64,000 bases of DNA from Rhodosorus marinus CCMP1338. Lineage: Eukaryota; Plantae; Rhodophyta. Below are positions 12,071-22,389 of this stretch, piece by piece; position 1 is the stretch's first letter, and every line of letters begins with the position of its first letter. The position numbers and the translations under genes were made by a program. The DNA is taken from the NCBI GenBank assembly GCA_029953675.1, contig JAMWBK010000003.1, positions 3,289,002 to 3,353,001 of the forward strand. Reading direction: 5' to 3'. The notes beneath the pieces were generated by a model. That model was not told the origin of the DNA and did no database searches. It worked only from the letters and a program-made list of their open reading frames with translations.

Positions 12071-13156
12071 ATGATTGTGAAGGAGGTACGCGGGGCGTAC
12101 CCCGAACCTCTTGTGATCCCGGGCCCACACCCCTCAAGTACACGGGAAATGGAGAACGGGCAGCAGCAGCATATAGGAGCAGAACAGGACGCAGAGATGA
12201 AAGCAGAAAACAGAGCAGAGGGGCAGGGGGCAGTCGACCCAGCTGCCGCCTTTCCCCACCAGCTGCACAGCTACGACCGGTGCTACCAAGCCCTGGGAAT
12301 TGGCGAGACTGACATCGTCGACTTTTACCAGGCAGTCTTCAACCTTTACTCGCGGATAAATTGTGCTAAAGAACTGCAAGAAGTAGCAGCCCGTCTGAAC
12401 GAGCTAGCCAAAAAACAGCACATGTGGCAAGGTGGACCAGCCACAACGACCTCGCCTCAACCCGCGGAGCAGCACCTGTGGACGGCGGCAGTCAATCAAT
12501 ATGCGCCAGAACCGATCAGCAATCAACTTCCGGAGGGGACAGGTGTCCTAGCCTCAGTGGACTATGCCACGGCCGTCCCTGTCATGGGGACCAGCAGCAC
12601 ACGGCCAACGTACGCTCAGCGCACCGTCGAAAATACTCCAGCTCGAGCATCAAAGGCTCAACTGCGACCAGCAGGACGCACAGGCCCACAGACCCAGCAG
12701 GCAGCACTGCGACAGCTGCACGCCACAGAGGGAGGGTCCTCCTGGGGACCTGAGACCAAACCGGTGCTGGCGACCCTGAGGAATGTAAAACCGCCACGGC
12801 TGGACGAGGTAGTCCCGTCGGACTTCACCATGGTTCTTTGCAGAGCCTTGGGGATTCCGAGCTCTTATGTGGCGCACGTGGACTTCATCGCTTCACACGC
12901 GTGCTTACTATGCCATCCGGACGCGATTCCGATTCTACAAAGCGCCATCTCTCGGGGCGTTTTCAGGACGGGGATTTTCGGATCGTTCACCCAGAGATAT
13001 CCCGATCGGCAAGTGAGTCTCTACACGAGACAGGCGCTGGATACAGACAACCTGCTGGGCTATAATGAACGTCAGCAGATTGCCCCAGCGAACAGAGATG
13101 CACCGACTACTCGAAACCGCCCTGGAGCACCCTCCCCGCCAATGGAACCCAGCTGA
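12071..13156 (+). CDS. Family A ORF1, 3'-truncated (element 5' end at ~12011)
   Basis: Homologous to ORF1 pieces at 26789-28416 and 49178-49958 (HQLHSYDRCYQALG, TLRNVKPPRLDEVVPSDF). Similarity is lost after ~13093. Confidence 0.85.
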   Translation: MIVKEVRGAYPEPLVIPGPHPSSTREMENGQQQHIGAEQDAEMKAENRAEGQGAVDPAAAFPHQLHSYDRCYQALGIGETDIVDFYQAVFNLYSRINCAKELQEVAARLNELAKKQHMWQGGPATTTSPQPAEQHLWTAAVNQYAPEPISNQLPEGTGVLASVDYATAVPVMGTSSTRPTYAQRTVENTPARASKAQLRPAGRTGPQTQQAALRQLHATEGGSSWGPETKPVLATLRNVKPPRLDEVVPSDFTMVLCRALGIPSSYVAHVDFIASHACLLCHPDAIPILQSAISRGVFRTGIFGSFTQRYPDRQVSLYTRQALDTDNLLGYNERQQIAPANRDAPTTRNRPGAPSPPMEPS

Positions 13157-13189
13157 TGCGAGCGATGAATCTCTCCTGGGACTGATCTA

Positions 13190-14050
13190 AATCGGAATTT
13201 CGCAGCAGTTACAAAGTGTACTCCAACTCTATCGAAAAAAACCAGAGGCCAACTTTTTCCAAAATACCCCCCCTACCCCAAAATCCGCTTTCACGTTTTT
13301 CTGCGTTTTCAGCAAATCTCTCTCACCCCTCTTTCATTCTTCATTCAGCCCAGGAATATACAACTAAATAAATTTATTTTGATTGTCCACGCGCCTTAAC
13401 CAGAAAATGAACATCCTACTGGACGTCAATCCCATTGCGAGAACCAATCACTTCTTTACCCCTCTCAAAAGTTTTTGTTGACATCCCCGAAGCCCTCGAG
13501 AGCTCTCAGAGTGCAACGTGTACGCCAAATGGGAATAACGATTGACGACGGCCAGGGAGTTCGTGGAACATCCCCGAAGCCGGCGAGACCTAACAGAATG
13601 CAAAGTGTACTCCAAATGGAAATTTCAAAACAACTACAAAGTGAACTCCAAATCGGAATTTCACAACAGTTACAAAGCCAACTCCAAATAGTAATTTCAC
13701 AACAGTTACAAAGCGAACTCCAAATCGTAATTTCACAACAGTTACAAAGCCAACTCCAAATCGGAACTTCACAAGGGAGCTACAAAGTGTGTTCCAAATC
13801 CATCGAAAAAAACGAGAAGCCAACTTTTTCTAAAATACCCCCCCTACACCAAAATCCCATTCGCGTTTTTTCAGCGTTTTCAGCAAATCTCTCTTACCCC
13901 TCTTTCTTTCTTCGTTCAGGCTGGAAATATTGAATTAAATAAATTTATTTTTATTATTCATGCTAAATATCCAGAAAACGAACACCCTACTAGACGTCCA
14001 TCCTACTACGAGAACCAATCACTTTTTTACCCCTCCCTAGAAAGTTTTTT
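13190..14050 (+). repeat. ~290-bp direct duplication enclosing a 36-bp minisatellite (~5 copies, 13607-13790)
   Basis: Unit is AAATCGGAATTTCACAACAGTTACAAAGCCAACTCC. Blocks 13190-13480 and 13770-14050 are similar. Confidence 0.8.
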
Positions 14051-14582
14051 ATTGAGCTACCCATCACACGAAATACATTCTTGTTTGGTACCTGAAATTC
14101 AATTTTATCAGTCACTATAGAATATACATCAATCAATCAGAAGATTTGTTTTTTTTACTGAGTTTTACTAAAATGGCCACGGGATAGTATGGCTTCGGAG
14201 AAGAGCAACTAAAAGCTTGGAAAGAAGTAGTCCAGCCCAAAGGGCAGTGGCGAGCGGCATACTACAAGAGGATCGCTAGAGGGTACGGCCTTTAAACAAG
14301 AAACGGCGCGAGATATTGAACCGAATAATCACGGTGGTATTTCCGTAGCCGCTGCAAACGGAGGAGGTCGATGACGATGAACGTTTTAAGTGGGGGTGGG
14401 CTGGACGCTATATAAGCCCTGAGCGTTGGCAACACAGGGAGAGAAGCGCGGGGGAGGGCTTTCTAGGGAGCAGAATGTTGGTTCTACTAGCATAGCCTGA
14501 TGCGCATAAGACTGATGCTCTAAATAATTTGAGAAGCTTCTAGTAAAACCACGCGGGGATAGATTAACGTTGGGTCTGAGAC

Positions 14583-16355
14583 ATGTACAGCGTTTCATGG
14601 GTTTTTCTTATTTTTGGCGGAGTGTTGTGGGCTGAGCGCGTGGGAGGTGTCTCTACGGGAATAGGAGATCTGACTTCAATTAGGCAGAAAGTGTCAAACT
14701 GTGAGAGCGAGCTTCTTAAGACTCAGTATGTGCGATCCTTCGATAAGAAATGCAGTGATCTCCTTGACAACAAGAGCAAGGTACTCGGTCGGGTGTGCTT
14801 TACAACGAACAAGGGCAACGACATAAAGCCGCTCAAGGTCAAATTTGAGGCAGCTTCTGGAAGTCGTCTGAAGGAGGTGAGTGTTGGTGCATATTCCAAC
14901 TGTGGGCTCGTGCCAGACGGCAACAAGAAGTTCACAAAGACGGAGAAGCTGTCGTCGGTCAAAAAGCACTCGATTCTGCTCCGTACAGAGAGCATAGTTG
15001 CGAACCGAAACTGTTGCGAGAGAGAGCTCTGTCTTGTCGTCGCCGCTAGGGTGATCAAGTCGAACGGAACCTCCAAGGACGTTGAGCCCGATGCAGTCTG
15101 TCCTGTCAAAGGCCCCGGAAAAGGTGACGGGCATACTTGTCGAGTCATGATGAACTGCGTTAACGTTATTAAAGGCACTAAAGGAGACGACAAGCTCGAC
15201 GGAACAGAGTTTGTCGACTACATCTATGGCTACGGCGGGAATGACCGGCTTCGAGGTTTTGGAGCGAACGATAAGCTGTTCGGAGGAGACGGAGATGATC
15301 GGATATTTGCTGGAGAAGGTGACGATCGCGTCTACCTTGGCGATGGTGACGATGCGGCGATTGGAGACCCAGGGGACGACGTCATCTTCGGTGGCGACGG
15401 TAACGACAGGATTGATGGTCAGGAAGGGGATGACTTTCTCTACGGTGAGGGCGGGTACGACACTCTGTACGGCGGAGAAGGAAAGGATAATCTGTACGGC
15501 GGTGATGAAGACGATAGGCTTTACGGAGGCGACGACGATGATATTCTACGAGGAGGCGACTACCGCGACATTTTGAACGGTGGAGACGGCGACGATGATT
15601 TGAACGGAGACGCGGACGAGGATGTTCTACGCGGGGACGACGGGAACGATGTTCTCCGAGACAGTGATAAGGATTCGGTGGCTGGCTACGCTAGCAACGC
15701 ACTCTACGGAGGCGATGGGAACGATGATTTGAGGGACACCGCGGATAACAGCAAACTCGACGGTGGGAATGGAAACGACAACCTTGTAGGTGGCGGATCT
15801 CAGTTCGGAGGAAAAGGAAAGGACAAGCTTAGCGCGGGTGGGTATGGCGGCTTGTATCAGTCGGGAGGTAAGTGTGCGACCCCGGAGATCAGCGAACGAG
15901 ATCTGCAGAAAGATTTGAACTCAGCTCGACCTTTTTTTGTTCGCGGCAGGTCCTGGAGATGATTTCATATCCAATGATGGGGGAAACTTTTACAGAGATG
16001 TGACTCTGGAAATCCGCGGTGATGACGGTGATGATACAATCGATATTACTGCTTTTGTTAATCCGAAGAATGTCTATGGAGGTAACGGGATTATTGAGTC
16101 TTTGAGCGGGTTCATGAATCGCCCTCTTACCGTGGTTTTGGAATGATTGGATTAGGTGAGGGAGATGATGAAATCAACTTTCGGGGTTTTTCTGACAGCA
16201 TTCTGGGGGAGAAGAGTAAGGTGTTCGGCGAGGCTGGCAATGACGACATAACCGCGAGCTGGGTCATTTACAACAACGACTATTACCTCGAACATATCGC
16301 ATTTTTTGGCGGACCTGGAGAGGATACGCTAAACGGGAAGCCGCTCACTACTTAG
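14583..16355 (+). CDS. Secreted protein with a Cys-containing N-terminal domain and hemolysin-type (RTX-like) Ca-binding GGxGxD repeats
   Basis: Signal-peptide-like start and more than 15 GGxGxDx(L/I)x nonapeptides. GT-AG introns ~15868-15949 and ~16082-16155 restore the frame across ORFs 14583, 15937 and 16143. Confidence 0.8.
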
Positions 16356-16527
16356 CATCCAAGCATCGCCGCACGGTTGGCATCCCCGCGGTCCGTGTCA
16401 TATAGCAAACGACACTGAACTAGTTTGGCCTAGTTTGACAATATGCAAGACTGTTCACGTGGACAACCCTTAACTTGAATACGTTTCATCCGCGACTGAT
16501 AGTACGTTGTTGAGTTTCGGAACGCCT

Positions 16528-19310
16528 TCAACACAGCGTCTCGCGGACGCACGTATTGGAAGCAAGATCAACGGATGTGGCTCGGCGGCTGTCGTCACTG
16601 GTGATCACCAGGACGGCTACTCCGCGTTCATCGTTTTGGAAGTCCCCGCCGGGTGAAGGCCTTTCACGTCCGATTTCCAGACAACTAGCAGGGGCTGTCA
16701 AACCTGTGGCGGAAGCTAGCAGGGAGGTTCTGTTCAACTTCATCAGCTGAAAACAAAGCTGAATATGCACTCCTTTTAGTTTTTGCGAATGAATGAATGG
16801 CCCTTTTATTCTATTATGAAAAGGTGACCGACGTTGGTTGGTCGCTTCTTCCCAATTGAAAACTCCCTCCTCAACCCCCCCGGGATCCGCCTCCTTTCAA
16901 GCACAACGAAGGGAAAGAGCTTCTCACGTCATATCGGTTTCACTAGCAAAATACCACCTACGTTGATCTTGCGGTTCCTACCCCTCAATCTAGTGGTTAT
17001 CTCGCGGCTGCGGGGGAGCACCGTGGATCTGCCGCCACCAGTATGGAAACAGATCAAATGTGCGATGGCTTTGTCTTCCCCAGGTGTCGTGCTTCGGCAC
17101 TAGCACATCGCTTGGGACCCCTGATCATTGAGTGCTATGCGTTTGCGTGGAAGGACTCTGTTGGCTCTCACTAGAACGAGAATCGACGGAAGGATACGCG
17201 TAGAAATGATTGGCGCAGACGGCGAAAACTACGAACTTGCGAGAGCCGGGAATCCCACGTGAACATACAACTACTTTTGAAAGGGGAGAAAGGGGGGGGG
17301 AAGGCGCGCGCGGGTGTTAATAACCAATCATGAGGGTTAGCAGAACATTATGGCAACGTAACGCAGCGCTTGCGCTTGGGGCCTTCCCCGTCGACCATCT
17401 GGACAATCCACTAGTCCGTCTGTTTCCTTTTGAACGGAGCATGAGACCGTTGGTAGTGGGGTTCCCCTGAACTTTTCCATGCCGACGTTGATAGATTTTG
17501 CGCTGAGCTGCGCTAGGCAGCGGCCTGGTAAAAGATGCCGGAAGACTATCGATTGAAGTCTAGTTCCTGGAGGGAGATCTTATCTGGACTTACCGTCGGG
17601 CTGCAACGCAATCCGGCTGCGCAAGCTCCTGTAACTCCGCAGAGAGCTTATGCTGCGCGACTTTCCCGCATCCAGTCGAGCCTCGTTGCTCGCTTCATCC
17701 CGCCCCCCCCCCTACGGCGTTAGAGGTCTTCCTCTCCGCCGAGGCCGCTCTACTTGAAACACATCCGGCATTTCAACTCTGTCAAGCGAATTCTGACCGC
17801 GCATCCTCCCCTCCTAAGACCAGTGCTGCTCCTGATGCTGACATGTCGGCGCCTCACCTAGTCTCCTCCAATCCGCTAACTTTGGACGTACTGAGCCAAG
17901 AGTCCGTTCCAGACAACCCTGTGTCTGCCTTCTCTTGGTGATTTAGTTTCTTCGCTCGCCCGCCCCGTAAGCGTAGGGCGGCTCCTGAGCCCACCGCCGA
18001 GTTGCCTCGACTGGATCCCCACAACGCCTCCCCGACTAGGGGAGGCCTGATATCTGAGTCCTCCTCTGCCGTCGATGCGTCGCCTCGGTCCGTCCTCCCC
18101 ATCCACCGGTCTTGGACTTTCTTTTGCAGGAAGTTTCAGAGCACCCTCAATGCTCTCTTCGCTGGCTTTGCTGGCTTTACTGGATTTTCTAAACTGAAGC
18201 GCTGCGCAAGGCGTGAAAATGAATTGAGAACTAAGGAGGGAAGCGTGCGAACCCAGGCGCCGATGGCCCGCCTGGGCAAGCATGCGTCTAGAATATCGCT
18301 AAGGCCATGTTAGTAAAGTCCAGCAAAGCCATAATATAGCCGCAGGGCATGTAATCGCGAGGTCAACATATGCTGAGCGTCTGGCGGCAGCGTCTGAGAC
18401 GAGGAGATCTGGGATACAGCGGGGCGGCTCCGTGTCCGAGACCGATCTCGGTAGTTCCGATTCCACCTCAACCGTATGTCCTACTGGAGTCAAATATTCG
18501 CTTAGGATTTACCTGAGGCGAGTGTGACGCCTCGTACGGAGACCTCTCAACAGTCCGCAACCCAAGAAGTGGTAGCTACAAGCGTCAATCCGACTCTAAC
18601 ATCCCTGACAGAAAGACGGCCGAGTAGAGTGCTATGCTAGTAAAGTCCAGTAGAGTGCCACGGAGCCTATGGCAAACATAGGGAGATCCCTGCGGCAGAG
18701 CGGAACTGGAAGGCATCGAGACGGTGACCCTGGGACGAAGGCAGAGTGGTTAACTATAAGTGCGAGAGATTGCCTCCCACGACGCGGAGACGAGGGGCGG
18801 TGGTAGGCAGTGTGAGGGGAGAGTTGAGCAAGATTGCGTGAGCGGCACTGTGTTGGTCCCAGGTGAGGCTATGTTGAATCACATCAGTGCGAGAGCTCCA
18901 CAATCGGCTCAGACCCGGGTAAACTGCAACGGGTGACCTGGGGCTATCTTCTCCCTCATCGGCAAGAACTCTGTCAATGGGAGAGTCCTTAGTCACCTCT
19001 GTTCGTACCAATAACAGCTCCCTCTAGGAGCGAAAATGGGATCGATTCTCCTCCGTCACAGAGTTGCACTTCCTGAACGCCCGTTGTAGACCATCATAGA
19101 TCATCAGAAGCTGGGGCGGGAGGGTCACGGGGTCCTCGCCAGTCAGTGCTAGAGCCAAAACGCAGGCAAATCAGCACGGTACGAAGCGCGGTAGCCCAGG
19201 CGGCAACCGCCGAAGGCGAGCATACAAGCCCACGGTCTGCGACGCCAAATCCTCCCAATCGCAACGGTAGAGCGAGCTGGGCGCTACACTCGGTTGCTGA
19301 AGTAAAGTAA
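16528..19310. mobile_element. Cluster of degenerate D, A and C retrotransposon fragments in both orientations
   Basis: D-like RLE pieces at 16528-16770 (-) and ~16960-17150 (+), a divergent A 3' end at ~17380-17540 (+), and C-like pieces at ~18230-19310 (-). Confidence 0.7.
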
Positions 19311-19554
19311 TAAGCAGCTCTGATTTCCTCCTACCGCTCGAACCTGCCATTATAGTGCAAACTTCCCTTCACCGGTCTGATGCCGGCGGATGCTTCACGT
19401 ACAACTAAATCATTCAGATGTTACGACTGCGAACACAGAGTATTTCCAGTTTTACCGATCGCACAACACGGACGAAACGAAACTGAATCCGATTTGTTTG
19501 CAGAAAAAAAACCCGTATAGATTTGCTATCAAGTTCTTACCTTTTTCGTAAATG

Positions 19555-22371
19555 CGACGAACGAATGGTTTAATCGGAGGCTGAAACAAAACCCCGAGGG
19601 GAAAAAAAGACTAAGCGCGGCGAAGTACTCGCGCCTCCAACATCAAAGCGGCATTCATGCGCCACAGCAGGAAACTTAAGCGGGTAAACAACGATTGAAG
19701 ACGGTCAGGGCGTTCGCGGAACAACTCCCGAAGCCAGCGAGAACCAACAGAGTCCATGAACCCAAAGCACTCAATGATCAGGGGTACCAAGCGATGTGCT
19801 AGTGCCGAAGCACGAACACCAGGGGAAGACAAAGCCCCCGCGTATTTGATCTCTTTGCGGCGTCTCATGCTGGCGGCGGCAGATCCACGGCGCTCCCCCG
19901 CAGCCGGGAGATAACGACTAGCTTGAGGGTTAGGAATAGCAAGATCAACGTATGTGGTACGGCGGCTGTCGTCACAGGTGATCACCAGGTCGGCTACACG
20001 GCGTTCATCATTTTGAAAGTCCGCGACGGGTAAAGGTTTCTCACGTTCGATTTCCAGACCGGCTTGCCGGACTATAGGCCGAAGTTCCCGGTATAACAGG
20101 TTCAAGATCCGTGTATGGCGGCGGGTTCGAGCACCTTTCACCGCCGGGCAACTAGCGAGCAGGTGGGCGCCAAAATCTGCGTTGTCTTCAGTCTGAGAGC
20201 AGAGAGGGCACGACGAACCCATCTCGTACGGCCAAGGGGGCTGATGTAAGCCGAGGTATAAGCGCAGTGAAGTACGCACTTCGAAATCCGACAGTGTGAG
20301 TGGCGGAAAAGCTGGTACGGTCATGAGCCACTGAGAGCTAATAACCCCTCCAAGACTACGTAGGCGGGCGCGAGCGCGAGAAGATGAGACCATCTGCGCG
20401 AGGAGTCGGCCATATGCAGCACGGTGCAAGTCCCAAGAAAGGATATTTTGCAGCGCATCCGTGCGTGCTTGAGCTCGGCTCCCAGCGCGCTGGGAATCAT
20501 CAGGAGGATCAACTGGAACTTCTTCTTCTGCGGCAGCCACTGGGTCAATCTCCCCTAGAACAGGTTCAGGCGCAGGACGAATCCCCGGGGCGGAGCCTCG
20601 AGAGCGGTCAAATACAGCTCGCCAGTCAGGAAGACGGGGTTGAACGGTTTCGGGGAGACTAGTACAAGAATTTTCCTTCTTCCCTCCCTAGTTATTAGTA
20701 AAGTCCAGTCCAGTTATTAGTTCATCTTCACGCCTTGCGCAGCGCTTCAGGCTATGCTAGTAAACTCCAGTACAGGAATTCAGGGCGGTTTGGAGCTCCA
20801 GAAACAAGTCTTGGGCGCTTTCCGGTACGCTGGGAAGCAAGACACCCCGCGAGAGGCTCGCCATCAAATTACGGAACTTCGAGATACCCAAGCTGCTCAA
20901 AGTGGGAAGTGCGGTTCCCCAGGCCCCTACTGCGGCTGCAGGTTGGACCACAACACGGTTGCAGAGGCCCAGTCCCCCCAATCGCAATGGGAGGCCTACT
21001 TGGGCGCGCACAACATCACAGGTGGGTCGCGGCAGAGCGCTCAGCTCTTCATCGAGAAAATACCCGAGGTCACGGAAACTTTCAGCATCCGCACGAGTGG
21101 CCAACCACCGGCCCCAATGAGTTGGAAGTGAGCGGAGCCAATAGGTTAACCGCTGACTGCAACAATACCGAAACAGCAACAACGAGCACTGGAGAAAGCC
21201 CGGAGGTAGCCGTCGAAGCTCTGCAACCAGCTGTCTGTGCTTACCGAGGAGCTGCAGCAACTCGCCTTCAACGAAGGACGGCGACCCGTAGGGGATGCCT
21301 AAGTGGACAAAACCATCCGGTCTCCAAATATCCTGGAACGACGCAGGTACCTGCTGCTCTTGTGCAGCTACACCTCCCCAGTAGAACGATTTGTGATGAT
21401 TAACCTCCAAGTCAACCCGCGAAGCCAAGGAGCGGAGACGATCATAAGCGAGCGCTAGAGTATCAGGGGGCCCCAGCAGGCACACGTCGTCGTGGTATGC
21501 AACCGTACGAACCTGCGGGAATTCGGAGCGAAGACAAAGCAAGACGAGTTGTAGTCCACAGGCATGTAGGAAAGGGGACAAGGGATCACCCTGTTGTACC
21601 CCTGTGCGCGCCGCAAACGTGTGTGAGGAAGCGCCAAGGGTGTCATAGGTAGCCCCACGACCAAGCGGAGAATAAAGTCTACGAACAAAGGGACAGCCTA
21701 CAGGGAAGACTTCGCGCACCACGTGCATGAGAGCCGGACGAGAGACGCGGTTGAACGCATTGGTAAAATCTACAGAGAGGAGCCCAGAATCTGGGGAGTA
21801 CGCCATTTCCGAACGGAGTAAAACAGACAACAACTCACAGCCACCACGATCACAACTCACAGCCACCACGATAGCCCACGCCTAACTGCACGTGCCCAAA
21901 GAAACGGCGGGATTCGGGAACCAGGATTTTCACTAACCATCGCGCCGCCAATTTGCGGACCACCTCAACCAGGCCAATAGGGCGAATAGCAGGGCTCGAG
22001 GCCGTGTGACCGGGCTTCGAAAGCAGACACAACTGCGAACGCCCGACCAAGAACCACGCACACTCACACAGGGGATCACCATTCACAAGCGCTTCGACCA
22101 CCCACGCCAACGCCTTCAAACCTTCATCACTTAAGAAACGGAGATATTCCACTCGCAGCCCCGAGGGCCCTGGGGAACGGCCCTTCGGAGCATCATGAAC
22201 CAACTCACGCACCGCCTCCAGATTGACCACTAACCGCGCACTGGGATGTGGCGCGGCGCGGTACTCTTCCAACACTGATTCAATATTGGCTTTCGTAAAT
22301 GAAAGCCAATATTGTAAGCTAAGTTTCAGCTTGGCAAATATTGACTGGAACATTGTTGGGAGTCCCCCCAT
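19555..22371 (-). mobile_element. Family D CRE-like non-LTR retrotransposon, 5'-truncated and disrupted
   Basis: Motifs SPGPSGLRVEYL, RPIGLVE, DFTNAFN, GVQQGDP, AYHDD, CPLC..H....C and ADLVIT...YVDLAI, across ORFs 21850-22371, 20757-21869 and 19611-20540. Confidence 0.9.
20673..20768 (+). mobile_element. Family C 3'-terminal fragment (96 nt) inserted into D, itself carrying a nested 13-nt C tail
   Basis: Flanked by AGTACAAGAATT (20661-20672) and AGTACAGGAATT (20769-20780). The nested TAAAGTCCAGTCC is flanked by AGTTATTAG twice. Confidence 0.85.
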
Positions 22372-22389
22372 AGTTCTAGTTGAGACGAT

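Noticed and set aside
12071-12120. Conserved hairpin at the 5' end of family A, a possible self-cleaving ribozyme
   Set aside because: I could not fit an HDV, hammerhead or twister core. Conservation with 26789-26835 is explained by ORF1 coding (MIV(K/R)EVRG, with synonymous changes).
13607-13790. 36-bp repeats as a CRISPR array, or ORF 13475-13933 as a real Gln-rich protein
   Set aside because: No unique spacers and a eukaryotic context. The ORF is a by-product of a repeat length divisible by three.
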